Source: Bacilli bacterium | GTDB taxonomy: Bacteria; Bacillota_I; Bacilli_A; ML615J-28; CAG-313 | Length of the DNA: 64,000 bases | Direction: 5' to 3' | Assembly: GCA_045589955.1 (NCBI GenBank) | Contig: JAZNQD010000009.1 | Span: 48,294-112,293, forward strand | Part shown: positions 25,489 to 36,023 of the stretch, one piece after another | Layout: each line of letters opens with the position of its first letter | Numbering within the stretch: position 1 is the first letter of the stretch | Translations under genes and position numbers: made by a program | The notes under the pieces: model-generated | Told to the model about the DNA's origin: nothing | The model's input: only the letters and a program-made list of their open reading frames with translations | Databases searched by the model: none

Positions 25489-25522
25489 ATTATAAAAAAT
25501 TAAAAAAGAATGTAAAACAAAA
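25489..25522 (-). promoter_or_regulatory. sigma70-like promoter (TTTTTGTTTTACA-16-TATAAT)
   Basis: Minus-sense TTTACA, TATAAT, GGTG RBS before ATG 25477. Confidence 0.5.
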
Positions 25523-25645
25523 AGTTCTTATTATTAAGGTTACTTTTATGCCTCCGACTTAAAATCAATGAAATAAGTGGAAAAGTTCGAGTATCCAGAG
25601 TCTTAAGCGGTTAAATAAAAGAGGGGAAGTTTTAGGGCTTCCCTT

Positions 25646-27061
25646 TTATTTTCCATTATTAGTGGTTTTAATAGTATATCCACTCATTGTTTCTAATTCT
25701 TTTGGATTCCAACTCTCGGTCTCTTCAAATTTGCCTCGGCCTAAATCACGTTGTACATATACTACAGTTCCAGGTGTACCAGTGCGAGATTTAGCTAAAT
25801 ATAATCTTGCTTTTTGTACCTCTTTTTCAGCTGGATTAACATTTATTGTTGTCATTGAGTGTGCGATGTGTACTTTTCGTGCAGATTCTGCTACAGATGA
25901 CATTGAAATTACTTGATCACCGGTTAAATCCCAACTTGTACGACCTAATTGTGAACCTGTAATTACTGGACATTCAAATGTAATAGCTAAATTCTTACAA
26001 TCTGTTGCAACATTACCATTATCTTCATAGACATTACCTTTCATTTTTTGAATAGGTAGAATTTTGTCCATATAATCTAAGAAAATAACATCAGGTTTCC
26101 ATTCATAACCAATTTGTTCACTCTTCCATCGACAATATGTCTTAATATAATTATGTATAGTGTTACAAGTGATACAATCTGGTCTATAAAATTTAATATT
26201 CATCATACCGCTAAAAGTATTAATGAAAGAATTAAAGCGTTTTTTAAATTCTGGTTGTAAGCTTGGGTCACGCATATCTGATAAGCTCATTCCAGTAAAA
26301 CTATTACAAACACCTTGCATTAATTCTTGTTGGTCTAATTCAAGAGTAATAAAAATAATACGCTTACCATCTTGCAAAGCTTTACGCGCCAAATATGACA
26401 TTGTCTTTGTTTTACCATAACCAGGAGCGGCAGCGATAATATGAAGATTACTTTTTGTAAAACCACCGCCAAGTGCTCTATCCCATGTAGGAAGACCAGT
26501 AGATAACATATTTGTTTTATCATAGGTTTCATTTACATTCTTTAAGAAATCTTCTGGGTCAAGAGTATCTAAATCTAAGCCCATATCATTTTCAGCACCG
26601 ACATTTAAAACTTCTTTAAAAGCCTCTAATGCATCTGTATAATTGCCAACTTCTAATACTTTACTTCCTTTTGCTAAAGCTTGTTTCCAGGCAACTTGTC
26701 TCGCAAATGTTACAGCTTTTTCTTTAAAGTATTCTAATTGAGTATCATCATCTAATGTAAAAATTTGTTCGATTTTTTCTTCGTATTGAAAATATTCACC
26801 ACTAGATAAATGGTGTTTGTTAACAAAATCGGTAGCGGTTTCGGTTAAAATTAATTTAGATGGCACGCCTTTGTATTTATTATAATAATCATGAATCCAA
26901 ATACAAATATTACGTAAATATCTATTTTCAAAGAAATCAGGCTTAACTACTTCTAATCCACTTAATTCAGTCCAAGTCTTATCGTATATTAATAAACTTA
27001 TGAATTTTATCTGAGTATCTATTTTATATTCATCATCAAAGTTATACTCAATTTGAGCCAT
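25646..27061 (-). CDS. DnaB-like replicative DNA helicase
   Basis: 471 aa; C-terminal RecA-fold with Walker A IIAAAPGYGKTKT and Walker B IFLDYMD; N-terminal helical domain. Confidence 0.6.
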   Translation of the reverse strand: MAQIEYNFDDEYKIDTQIKFISLLIYDKTWTELSGLEVVKPDFFENRYLRNICIWIHDYYNKYKGVPSKLILTETATDFVNKHHLSSGEYFQYEEKIEQIFTLDDDTQLEYFKEKAVTFARQVAWKQALAKGSKVLEVGNYTDALEAFKEVLNVGAENDMGLDLDTLDPEDFLKNVNETYDKTNMLSTGLPTWDRALGGGFTKSNLHIIAAAPGYGKTKTMSYLARKALQDGKRIIFITLELDQQELMQGVCNSFTGMSLSDMRDPSLQPEFKKRFNSFINTFSGMMNIKFYRPDCITCNTIHNYIKTYCRWKSEQIGYEWKPDVIFLDYMDKILPIQKMKGNVYEDNGNVATDCKNLAITFECPVITGSQLGRTSWDLTGDQVISMSSVAESARKVHIAHSMTTINVNPAEKEVQKARLYLAKSRTGTPGTVVYVQRDLGRGKFEETESWNPKELETMSGYTIKTTNNGK

Positions 27062-27140
27062 TTTCTTTCTCCTTTTAACGCTATCGTTATTATAGAAGTA
27101 AGGTTATAAATCAATTCTACAAAATAAATTTCCAAATAGT

Positions 27141-28697
27141 TTATTTTTTATTTTCAGAAATTTCTTTGACTAAATTAATGAAATCTAATACATTAGTAAA
27201 GATTTTAACACCGGAATCATACATCATTTGTTTCCTACGATTATAATGCTCTTGAAAAACATAATACCCACCTTCATCTTTAAAATCAATTACCAAAGAA
27301 ACATTCATACCGTCTTTCTTTTTTCTACTAGCACGTCCAATTCGTTGTATTCCAGCAATTGGAGTTTTACCGGCACTAAATAACACAGCGGCTTGAAAAA
27401 TATCAATATCAACACCTTCATCTAACACGGTACTTCCAAATATTATATTGTATCCATCTTCTTCTAAAGCCTTTCTGACATCTTTAGGTGTACCTTTTCT
27501 TTCTTCTAGCTTTAGACTACCTCTTTTAGTTGGTTTCCATTCATATATTGTTTCATCACCACAAATAAATAATGCCTTTATCCCTTGTTCAGCCAAAGAT
27601 TTCATCATTTTTTGACCAGGCTTAATATTATTATAAGAAGCTAATGTTTTAATACCATGCTTATCTAAAAATTTAAGCATTTCTAAACCGGCGGCGTTTC
27701 TATTTTTATTATAAGTGATATTAGCTCTATATTGCATGAAATAACTGTCGGCAAATTGATCTGGTACATTCCCGGGCTCATTTTTAAAATTAATAAAATA
27801 TCCATAAGGTTGTGCAATATTACCATCTGATACAGTATCTTTCATTTTATATACAAACGCCGGTTCACCTAAAATAGCGATTGTTCTAAAATCATCTAAA
27901 TCTTGATAGGGTGATTTATAATTTCTAAATGGACTACCTGAATATCCAACGATTCTATGTAACTTATCAAAATCTGTATAAAAAATTGGTTCAAAAAATG
28001 TCAAAGCCTGTACATGTTGGCATTCGTCATATATAATAGTATTTACTTCCTTCAAAAAGCTTAAGTATTCTGCATTTTTACTATTTAATCTCGAATCTGA
28101 ACTACTCGTATTTAAAAGTACAATTTGTTTAGTATAATCTGGTTCTTTACTAGGATTCCAACTAATATCTGTCATTCCAAAGGATAATAATCTTTCATAT
28201 ATTTGCTGTAAAATAAAATTATTATCATTTAAAATCAATATCTTATCGTCCGCGAGCATTTTACATAACAAACACATCATGGAAGTTTTACCACTACCCA
28301 CCGCAGATTCTATTAAAGATTGAAATTGATTAAGTGATGTAAGGACTGCTTCTGTTTGATATGGTCTAATTTCAAACGCTGGATTTATACTTTTTACTTT
28401 TTCAGCAGCTAAAAGCACATCATTTTCTGTATACACTTTAGTAGAAGGACGAGTAATTAAAGGTACTCCCACTTTACTTTGTATATATTTAGTTAAGCCA
28501 GCCGGAAAGCGTAGATACGTATATTTAATATCATCTATTACTATTTCATATAATACTTGATAATAGCAGATAGATTCAGTTCGTTTTAAATCAAAATCAT
28601 ACCTGAGTTTCGTAAGATTATCTTTTATAAGAGTAGTTACCAATTCTGATTCATTACAGACATAATTCCAAAATGTATTTGATTGATAAATTGGCAT
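27141..28697 (-). CDS. superfamily-2 DNA/RNA helicase (UvsW/RecG-like)
   Basis: Motif I AVGSGKTSMM, motif II DECQH, motif VI QRIGRASR. Confidence 0.6.
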   Translation of the reverse strand: MPIYQSNTFWNYVCNESELVTTLIKDNLTKLRYDFDLKRTESICYYQVLYEIVIDDIKYTYLRFPAGLTKYIQSKVGVPLITRPSTKVYTENDVLLAAEKVKSINPAFEIRPYQTEAVLTSLNQFQSLIESAVGSGKTSMMCLLCKMLADDKILILNDNNFILQQIYERLLSFGMTDISWNPSKEPDYTKQIVLLNTSSSDSRLNSKNAEYLSFLKEVNTIIYDECQHVQALTFFEPIFYTDFDKLHRIVGYSGSPFRNYKSPYQDLDDFRTIAILGEPAFVYKMKDTVSDGNIAQPYGYFINFKNEPGNVPDQFADSYFMQYRANITYNKNRNAAGLEMLKFLDKHGIKTLASYNNIKPGQKMMKSLAEQGIKALFICGDETIYEWKPTKRGSLKLEERKGTPKDVRKALEEDGYNIIFGSTVLDEGVDIDIFQAAVLFSAGKTPIAGIQRIGRASRKKKDGMNVSLVIDFKDEGGYYVFQEHYNRRKQMMYDSGVKIFTNVLDFINLVKEISENKK

Positions 28698-28794
28698 AGC
28701 AAATCCTAGACTTTAAATTATTTTAGCATTTATTATAGAATTTATACGCGACAACCGTTCTAATAAATAAATGTTAAAAAGGAGAATATTCTTT

Positions 28795-29085
28795 ATGTTT
28801 GAAACTGTAAAACAGATTTTTAAGAAAAAGCCAAAACAGACTGAAGTAACTAACACTCTCATTAATGAATCTTTGGCTTTTCAAGACAGAAAATTACAAC
28901 AAATTAGTTTAGAAATTAAACCAGCAGGCAATGAAACCGTTTTAATGCTGACTGAAAAGAAATCTAATACTGAGATAGCATTAGACCAAGAAATCTGTTT
29001 TGTTTTAGCTGCGGTTTTACAAGAATATTCACTTAATGGAAATATACGTAAAATTATAAAAGAAATCGAAAAAGGGAATAATTAA
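28795..29085 (+). CDS. hypothetical protein
   Basis: Start moved to ATG 28795 (AAAGGAG RBS 9 nt upstream); GTTCTAAT motif at 28757. Confidence 0.5.
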   Translation: MFETVKQIFKKKPKQTEVTNTLINESLAFQDRKLQQISLEIKPAGNETVLMLTEKKSNTEIALDQEICFVLAAVLQEYSLNGNIRKIIKEIEKGNN

Positions 29086-29447
29086 TGGAAAATGCTTATA
29101 AATTAGCAGAAGTTTTATTAACTGATATTGATGCACATGCAGAAGCTTTTACATCAGAAGAAGGTAAAATGATTGCAACATCTGATTCTGTTATGGCATT
29201 AAATAAAATCTTAGAGAAAGCTTTTACTCTACATAAATACTTAGTTGAAAAAGAATTATACGTTGGTAAGCCTTCAATTGAAATTGCTTTGGTTGAATTA
29301 CAAAAATATATGGAAAAATTACAAATAAACCAAGAAAATGCAGAAAAATTAAATTTGTCTAATGCATTACAATTATGGAATCAAGCAAAAATAGCCGCTG
29401 CAATATTAGCTTGCAATTTATTAGATTTTAGAGATTCTTTAAACTAG
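29085..29447 (+). CDS. hypothetical protein
   Basis: 120 aa ORF, overlapping start/stop. Confidence 0.5.
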   Translation: MENAYKLAEVLLTDIDAHAEAFTSEEGKMIATSDSVMALNKILEKAFTLHKYLVEKELYVGKPSIEIALVELQKYMEKLQINQENAEKLNLSNALQLWNQAKIAAAILACNLLDFRDSLN

Positions 29448-29457
29448 GAGTAAATTT

Positions 29458-29907
29458 ATGTACGGTACTTCTAATATGACTTACTATAAGCGTTCTACAC
29501 CTAAGCCAAAAACAACTAAAATTAAAACAGTACAACCCGAAATTAGTTCCGAACACGATCTACAAAAAGCATGTGTCGCAAAATTAAGTGCACACAATAT
29601 GTTATGCTTTTGTACAGATGTTTTTAATGGTATGTCATTTATTCGTGATATTAAATTTAAAGCCATTTATAAAACGCATATGGAAAAAATGGGTGCACGC
29701 AAAGGTCAACCAGATTTAATTATTTTAAATCGTGGTAAATGTACATTTGTTGAATTTAAATGGAATAAAGGTAAAAAATCACCAGACCAAGAAGCAATGT
29801 GCAATTTAATTACTAGTATGGGTTATGAAGTTTTAGAATGGCGTACCCTAGAAGATTGTACAAATTGGATTTTAGCTAATGTAGATTTAAACCAGAAAGA
29901 AGAATAA
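29458..29907 (+). CDS. VRR-NUC domain nuclease (PD-(D/E)xK)
   Basis: GQPDLIILNRGKCTFVEFKWNKGKKSPDQ matches VRR-NUC D...E.K core. Confidence 0.55.
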   Translation: MYGTSNMTYYKRSTPKPKTTKIKTVQPEISSEHDLQKACVAKLSAHNMLCFCTDVFNGMSFIRDIKFKAIYKTHMEKMGARKGQPDLIILNRGKCTFVEFKWNKGKKSPDQEAMCNLITSMGYEVLEWRTLEDCTNWILANVDLNQKEE

Positions 29908-29908
29908 T

Positions 29909-30382
29909 ATGCCAGTTTGGAAACAATTAGCACAATCTACACCAAAAGTATCACCAGGTGCAGTAAATAATTCATCTAAAACAAATATTAGTAATTTTAA
30001 TTTGCAATATGATTCAAAAAAGAAAATTATTACATATTATGGATCAGTTGCATCTAGCTCTATGCCGGGTGGATACAATGTAATAATTAGTTTTTTAAAT
30101 GTAGGTCCAGAAGACGGTCTTACAGATGATGAGATTTTACAAGGCTTTAAACCAAAACCATCTCTTGCTAACAATGAAGTCCAAGTAAGATGTTCTTGTC
30201 CGGCATATCGTTTTAGATTTGACCAAGCTAATAGAAGTCATGGTGCAGGTACAGGTAAAAAGTTTCCAAATTACCATAGAAAAACAGATCGCGCTCCAAA
30301 TAATCCAAATAATTTACCCGGCTTTTGTAAACATCTTTTGGAGTTCGTTGAATATTTACAGCGTCAAGGATTTATACATTGA
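29909..30382 (+). CDS. SWIM zinc-finger protein
   Basis: CSCPAYRF...PGFCKHL gives a CxCxnCxH SWIM signature. Confidence 0.5.
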   Translation: MPVWKQLAQSTPKVSPGAVNNSSKTNISNFNLQYDSKKKIITYYGSVASSSMPGGYNVIISFLNVGPEDGLTDDEILQGFKPKPSLANNEVQVRCSCPAYRFRFDQANRSHGAGTGKKFPNYHRKTDRAPNNPNNLPGFCKHLLEFVEYLQRQGFIH

Positions 30383-30972
30383 TTAAAGTTTCTATAATAA
30401 TCCCCGTTTATAATACTGAAAAATACATAAGAAAATGTCTAGAATCGGCAATTAATCAAACTTTAACCGATATTGAGATAATTTGTATTAATGATGGTTC
30501 AACAGATAATAGCCTAAGTATATTATATGAATATGCAGCTAAAGATTCTCGTATACGTGTATTCACTAAAGCAAATGAAGGTGTAGCAAAAGCACGTAAT
30601 TTAGGTTTACGTCATGCTAGAGGTGAATATGTTGGTTTTATAGACAGTGATGATTTTGTAGATGAAAAATACTTTGAAGAATTATATAGCTATGGTCCAC
30701 AATACGATGTGATACGTGGAATAAGAGTTATAGATGAAACTAATAAACAAGGTAAGAATAAATATGGTTGCATTATTCCATCTATAATAAAAAGAAACGT
30801 ATTAGTTAAGCATAATTTATTTTTCCCTAATAGAAAATCTGGAGAAGATAGTACATTTAAACGCTGGCTTTATAACGCAACTCGAAACATTTTTGAATGC
30901 CCAGATAAAGGTATATATTATCATTATATGCGTAGAGCCGGGTCCCTTTCTAACTATGATATAAAAGAGTAA
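30379..30972 (+). CDS. family 2 glycosyltransferase
   Basis: VSIIIPVYNTEKYIRKCLESAINQTLTDIEIICINDGSTDNS ... FIDSDD (DxD). Confidence 0.75.
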   Translation: MIKVSIIIPVYNTEKYIRKCLESAINQTLTDIEIICINDGSTDNSLSILYEYAAKDSRIRVFTKANEGVAKARNLGLRHARGEYVGFIDSDDFVDEKYFEELYSYGPQYDVIRGIRVIDETNKQGKNKYGCIIPSIIKRNVLVKHNLFFPNRKSGEDSTFKRWLYNATRNIFECPDKGIYYHYMRRAGSLSNYDIKE

Positions 30973-30976
30973 TATT

Positions 30977-31669
30977 ATGACACAGCCTTTAGTCTCAATT
31001 ATTTTAACAGTATATGATACCAAATTACAATATTTACAAGAATGTATAGAGAGTCTTTTGCAACAAACTCACAAAAATATTGAAATTATTGTAATTGATG
31101 ATGCTTCTCCAAATACTACCTATGATCACATTGTAGAATTTTCAAATAAAATCAAGTTGTATAGAAACCCTGAAAATTTAAAAATGAATAAATCAGTAAA
31201 CAAAGGATTCGATTTATCAACAGGTAAATATGTAGTTAGATTAGGCAGTGATGATATTTTTCATAACGAAATGCTAGAAAAAGAAGTAGCTTATCTTGAA
31301 AATCATCCAGAAGTCGGCGCAGTTTGTTGTGAATTAAAACGTTTCGGTTGTGACCAGCATCAACATATTAGACGACCGAAAACTTGGAATTATAATAATA
31401 TTGTAAACAATCGAATTTTTGCCGGTACTGGTTATGCTGGTGGTATGATGTTTAGACACGAACTTTTGGAATTTTGTTCAATAGATGAAGATTTTAAGAT
31501 GTGTGAAGATTTTGATTTTCATCTACAATTATTGAAACATATGCCCATTGCAAGTATTCATGAGATTTTATATTATTACCGCTCGCACGAAACAAATTTA
31601 TGTAAAAGTGTAAGCCGTCAAGAACGATGGGCTCTTTTAGATAAGATTATTGCTAAACACAAAAACTAA
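30977..31669 (+). CDS. family 2 glycosyltransferase
   Basis: VSIILTVYDTKLQYLQECIESLLQQTHKNIEIIVIDDASPNTT ... LGSDD. Confidence 0.7.
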   Translation: MTQPLVSIILTVYDTKLQYLQECIESLLQQTHKNIEIIVIDDASPNTTYDHIVEFSNKIKLYRNPENLKMNKSVNKGFDLSTGKYVVRLGSDDIFHNEMLEKEVAYLENHPEVGAVCCELKRFGCDQHQHIRRPKTWNYNNIVNNRIFAGTGYAGGMMFRHELLEFCSIDEDFKMCEDFDFHLQLLKHMPIASIHEILYYYRSHETNLCKSVSRQERWALLDKIIAKHKN

Positions 31670-31724
31670 TTTATTCTTTTAATATCAAGTTCTAATACAA
31701 TATTTAGAATAAAGAGAGTAAATT

Positions 31725-32696
31725 ATGCCTGATATAACATTAAATATCCCTTCTAATAGTAAATTTCACAGTAGCCTTAACGAAATAGATTTGGCTATGG
31801 GTGCAGTTTTACTCAATCAAATGAGAATAGCTGATCCACGTAATAAGCTGGGTTTGCAAGACGTTTTAGCAACAGAAGAAAAAAATGATTGGTTATGGGA
31901 CTATTCTAGGGTTTTTCAAGTAGATGAATTAACCACAGAAGAAATATTTAATACTTATTTATTACGCAAAAATATTAATAAAGAAAAAGGCGTAGATATT
32001 ACTTATCCAATCTTAGCATACTTACAAAACGATTTAGAAACAGTATTTTGGGGTACAGGTAATAGATTTAGACAATGGTATTTTGATTTACCAACACCGG
32101 CTGATTCTTGGGAGGTTGGTGATTCTGTATTTATTACGGCACCAGCTAAATATAGAGGTTTACAAGGTGAAATAGAAGAAGTAAAGACAGAAGATTCCCA
32201 GTTATATTGTAAATTGTCTATTAACGGTCAAATTATCACAAATACACTTCCTAATTTTAAAAAAGAAGAAATGTGGTTTAAAATAGAAGACCTTCGTCAA
32301 GTTGGCGATAAAACACCTTCAACTTATAAAGCTAAATCTGTAAAAGGTACGTATACGGCTGTAATATTGTGTGATAATAGAGACGAATTACAATATTTGC
32401 GTGATAAATTTATTTTACGCTGTGCTGATGGTCAAATTTGGCATAAATACGCATCTCCTTCAATTAACGGCGCTGAAAATCAATTATTTACAGTATTTGA
32501 TATTCCTAACATTGAAAGATATCCTGCTTCACAAGATAAATTAAAAGGTGAAGGTTATATCTACGGCTCTGCATTTAAGATTAATTATTGGGGATGCTTA
32601 ACAGATACACCATTACCGCAATCATTAATTGAGACAATCCGTATGAATATTCATGTAGAAGGAGACGGTAGAACTAATCGAATAGTTATTAGTTAA
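31725..32696 (+). CDS. hypothetical protein (late operon)
   Basis: 323 aa; GTTCTAAT motif at 31686. Confidence 0.55.
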   Translation: MPDITLNIPSNSKFHSSLNEIDLAMGAVLLNQMRIADPRNKLGLQDVLATEEKNDWLWDYSRVFQVDELTTEEIFNTYLLRKNINKEKGVDITYPILAYLQNDLETVFWGTGNRFRQWYFDLPTPADSWEVGDSVFITAPAKYRGLQGEIEEVKTEDSQLYCKLSINGQIITNTLPNFKKEEMWFKIEDLRQVGDKTPSTYKAKSVKGTYTAVILCDNRDELQYLRDKFILRCADGQIWHKYASPSINGAENQLFTVFDIPNIERYPASQDKLKGEGYIYGSAFKINYWGCLTDTPLPQSLIETIRMNIHVEGDGRTNRIVIS

Positions 32697-32821
32697 TATA
32701 AACAATTACAATATTTTAATTAATATAGGTTCTAGTTTTATATATTTCTAGTTTAATTTTCATATTACAATAGTTCTAGTTTTTAGTTTATAATCAAAAT
32801 ATATTAAAGGAAAAGATACAA

Positions 32822-33889
32822 ATGGCAAAATTTTTGAAAAGACTTTCTGCTCGTGTAGCTCGTGAAGCTTTACGTGAAAGTGCAAAAGAAGCTAAAAACT
32901 GGATCGTTTCTAGAAAATTGATTTTAGAAACTGAAGAAGGTGATATTGAATTCGATAAAGGTGAAACAGTTGAAATCGGTGCTACACCTGAAGGTGATAT
33001 GGCATTGAATGGTTCTGCTGCTGTTGTTGTTATTTCAGATGCTGATTTAGCTGCTAAGATTGCAGACGTTGTTGTTTCTTCTGATGAATTATCTGACGTT
33101 AACTTCGTTGAAAAACCAGCTTTAGATGCTGTTATGGACGGTGAAGAAGTTGATGATGTAATCGACAGTCTTGCTGATGACGACAATGATGAAGTTGAAG
33201 TTGCAGAATTAGACATTGAACAAAAAGAAGCTGTTGAAACTAAGTTTGCTAAATTTAGTGAAAATCGCATGAATCCTGCTAAGTTCTTTGTTTGCGAATC
33301 AATTTTGGTTGACGAAACTGATAATGCTCCTCTTAACTTAAGACTTATCAAAACTGATTCAGTTAAAAAAGAAAGTTTCTCTGAATACAAAAAATTCGCT
33401 GGTCGTGTAGCTGAATTAAATGGTTCAATTCAACCAGGTAAAAGAGAAATTGCTTTGTCAGAAGCTGGCGAAATCATGGGTGCATATGATACAGAAGCTA
33501 ATGCTGGTGAAATTTATCCTGAAAACACATTTGAATCTGTAGATGCTATGGATAATTTCGATGCTGCTCCTGCTGCTTTGATGCAATATGAAGATTATGG
33601 TGATAATGCTGAAGTTCTCGAATCTGCATTAGGTGCTTTCGAAGAATCTGCAAAATCTGGTAAAGATTACGTTGCTTTAGTTGAAGCTGTTGAAAAAACA
33701 GGTTTGGCTGAAGAAGCAGTTGCTAAAATCGTAGCTACTTTTGATAATCGTTCTTTAACAGAATGCGTACGTGCTTTTGATACAAAGTATGGTAAATATG
33801 TAGCTGCATTTAAAGAATCTGTGGATTGCGACAACTTCATCGCTGAAACAGGCGAAGAAAAACGTTTCACAAAGCGTTTCTTCGCGTAA
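32822..33889 (+). CDS. highly acidic protein (possible scaffold / internal virion protein)
   Basis: 355 aa, D/E rich, strong AAAGGAAAAG RBS, own terminator; function inferred only from composition and position. Confidence 0.55.
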   Translation: MAKFLKRLSARVAREALRESAKEAKNWIVSRKLILETEEGDIEFDKGETVEIGATPEGDMALNGSAAVVVISDADLAAKIADVVVSSDELSDVNFVEKPALDAVMDGEEVDDVIDSLADDDNDEVEVAELDIEQKEAVETKFAKFSENRMNPAKFFVCESILVDETDNAPLNLRLIKTDSVKKESFSEYKKFAGRVAELNGSIQPGKREIALSEAGEIMGAYDTEANAGEIYPENTFESVDAMDNFDAAPAALMQYEDYGDNAEVLESALGAFEESAKSGKDYVALVEAVEKTGLAEEAVAKIVATFDNRSLTECVRAFDTKYGKYVAAFKESVDCDNFIAETGEEKRFTKRFFA

Positions 33890-33920
33890 TTACATCTTTA
33901 TAATGTGATTAAAAAATACA

Positions 33921-33952
33921 AAAAGGGTTCCTAATTTTGGGACCCTTTTTTA
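33921..33952 (+). terminator. rho-independent terminator
   Basis: AAAAGGGTTCC-loop-GGGACCCTTTTTTAT. Confidence 0.6.
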
Positions 33953-33981
33953 TGTTCTATAGAAATATATTAAACTAGCTT

Positions 33982-34272
33982 ATGGAAAGTAAAATGTATT
34001 TGATACGAGAAAATGTACAAGATGAAGAAATAACTGGTTATTGGATCGATGAAAAAATTAATGGTAAATTAATTGAATCCCATTTCGTAACAAAAGACTT
34101 AAAGACTTGCTCTTGCAGATATTTTGCAGAATCCAAAAACCCTTATAATCATTTTCATATCAATTTATGCTCGTATTGGATAAAATCTGGTAAACCACAA
34201 TGTGCAATGTATGCTAAATCAAAAAAAGGTAAAATCGTTGTGCTTTGTCCAGGTTTTACTAAAATTAAATAA
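33982..34272 (+). CDS. small Cys/His-rich (SWIM-like) protein
   Basis: CSCRYFAESKNPYNHFHINLC plus C-terminal Cys residues. Confidence 0.45.
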   Translation: MESKMYLIRENVQDEEITGYWIDEKINGKLIESHFVTKDLKTCSCRYFAESKNPYNHFHINLCSYWIKSGKPQCAMYAKSKKGKIVVLCPGFTKIK

Positions 34273-34380
34273 GCTTAACAATTTATATTTACTAAAGTTC
34301 TAATTATAAAATGATTGTAATATTATAATAAAATACGTATTCTTTTATAAGTACAAAAAGTTTTAATGAGGATAAAAAGC

Positions 34381-35112
34381 ATGAATCTTAGAGATCGTTT
34401 AACACAAGCTGCAAAAAACAGTTTAAGTGAAGGATTAGAAAGTTCAAAAGATATCATCGGTGATAACATTGTTCCTTCTTTTGAAGAAATGGGCATGGCA
34501 AGCGTTGAACCAGGTGAATTCGCACAAGGTGAAATTACTGATCAAGAAAATTTAGTAAACAAAGGCAATATGTCTAACGATAATACTTTCAATAGCGAAA
34601 AAAATGACGCAGGTTCTGAAGTTGCTAATGCTATTGATGATATGGTAGATGATATTGTTGATATTTCAGATAAAGATGAAGATTCAGAAGTAGCATCTAT
34701 TGAAATTACACAAACGACAGAAGATGATGCTGAAAAATGCGAAGAAAAGAAATGTAATCCATTTGGTGAATCTACTTTCGCAAAATTAGTTGAAAATGCT
34801 TTGGGCGGAAAAACTTGTGAGCAATATTTAAAAGAATCTGGCAACTACGCAGGTCCATTAGATTTCGTACCAGATACACGTATCAACGTTTCAGATGTAT
34901 TAACTACTTTAAAACGTGAATTAGGTGAAGGTTCAGAAGGTATTCACGTAGATCAAGTATACGATGAACGTAGAAACAATGCTTATCAAGTTTCACAATT
35001 CGATAAAGAAAAGTTACCTAAAAAAATTCAAGTAGAAAACGTATTGCTTGAATTAGATGGTGATACATATAAAGTAAATAAAGTTAGTGATTCTTTCCCA
35101 TTAGCTCGTTAA
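34381..35112 (+). CDS. acidic hypothetical protein
   Basis: Start moved to ATG 34381 (GAGGA RBS); D/E rich. Confidence 0.5.
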   Translation: MNLRDRLTQAAKNSLSEGLESSKDIIGDNIVPSFEEMGMASVEPGEFAQGEITDQENLVNKGNMSNDNTFNSEKNDAGSEVANAIDDMVDDIVDISDKDEDSEVASIEITQTTEDDAEKCEEKKCNPFGESTFAKLVENALGGKTCEQYLKESGNYAGPLDFVPDTRINVSDVLTTLKRELGEGSEGIHVDQVYDERRNNAYQVSQFDKEKLPKKIQVENVLLELDGDTYKVNKVSDSFPLAR

Positions 35113-35126
35113 TATCAGAGGCTAAT

Positions 35127-36023
35127 ATGAGATTTATACCAAAAGTAAAAGAACCTATAGTAGAATCTGTAACGGTAACGGTAACCGAAGCAGAAGTTAA
35201 TCCATTAGAAACAAATGGTGTTGATTTATCTTACGATGAACAATATAAACAGGCTATTTTAAAAGCAATAGGTAGTGAAACCTCTGCTCATGTAGAGTAT
35301 GATCAAATATTAGCCCTTGAACCACATGTCAGTACAAAATCATTAGTAGATTTATTTCACGATACATTAATAGATATTCGTGACGAAGAAATGAAGCATA
35401 TCGCTCAGCTTACAACTAAAATAAGCGAAGTACCTGAAATGAAAGCTTCTTTTGAGGCTGGTGAAGAAGAAGCAGAAACTGGTGAAGACAAAGAAACCTC
35501 TAATCAAGAAGAAACAGAAGAAAACGAAAAAGAGGAAGTTAAAGAATCCGTGGAATTATTGACTGAAGCTGTACAAACAAATCGTTTATATGATACTTAT
35601 ACAATCTCACAAATAATTGCAGATAAGCTTGGGTTAAATGATAAACAATATGAAATTATAGAAGATATGTTTAGATATGCCGATGATGAATTAGAAGCCG
35701 GTGAAGTCGATTCATATCTTGTTAAAATTTCAGAGTACTTTAGAATTTCAGATCATAAATTAGAAGAAATTGAAAACGCAATTATTGCATCTAATGACCC
35801 AATAGCAGATAGAAAAAGTGAATTTGCTGATGACATTCAATCTGATATTTATGATATTGAAAATACTATAGAAAAAGTATCTTCTATTGCAGCCAAAGAA
35901 AAATTATACTCTGTAATTGAATATCTTAAAAACTTAGAGTATAATGGTGAAAAAGAAGTAGGCTGGTCAGTAAGACATTCTATGTTTGGTAGTAGAAATC
36001 CAAAGAAAAGGATTGTTGCATAA
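35127..36023 (+). CDS. acidic hypothetical protein
   Basis: 298 aa, E-rich central region. Confidence 0.55.
   Translation: MRFIPKVKEPIVESVTVTVTEAEVNPLETNGVDLSYDEQYKQAILKAIGSETSAHVEYDQILALEPHVSTKSLVDLFHDTLIDIRDEEMKHIAQLTTKISEVPEMKASFEAGEEEAETGEDKETSNQEETEENEKEEVKESVELLTEAVQTNRLYDTYTISQIIADKLGLNDKQYEIIEDMFRYADDELEAGEVDSYLVKISEYFRISDHKLEEIENAIIASNDPIADRKSEFADDIQSDIYDIENTIEKVSSIAAKEKLYSVIEYLKNLEYNGEKEVGWSVRHSMFGSRNPKKRIVA

Noticed and set aside
32794-33889. Antisense ORFs 32794..33390 (-) and 33667..33870 (-) inside the acidic protein gene
   Set aside because: Both are Ser/Ala-rich mirror translations of a GAA/GCT-rich sense gene, which is a classic antisense artefact.
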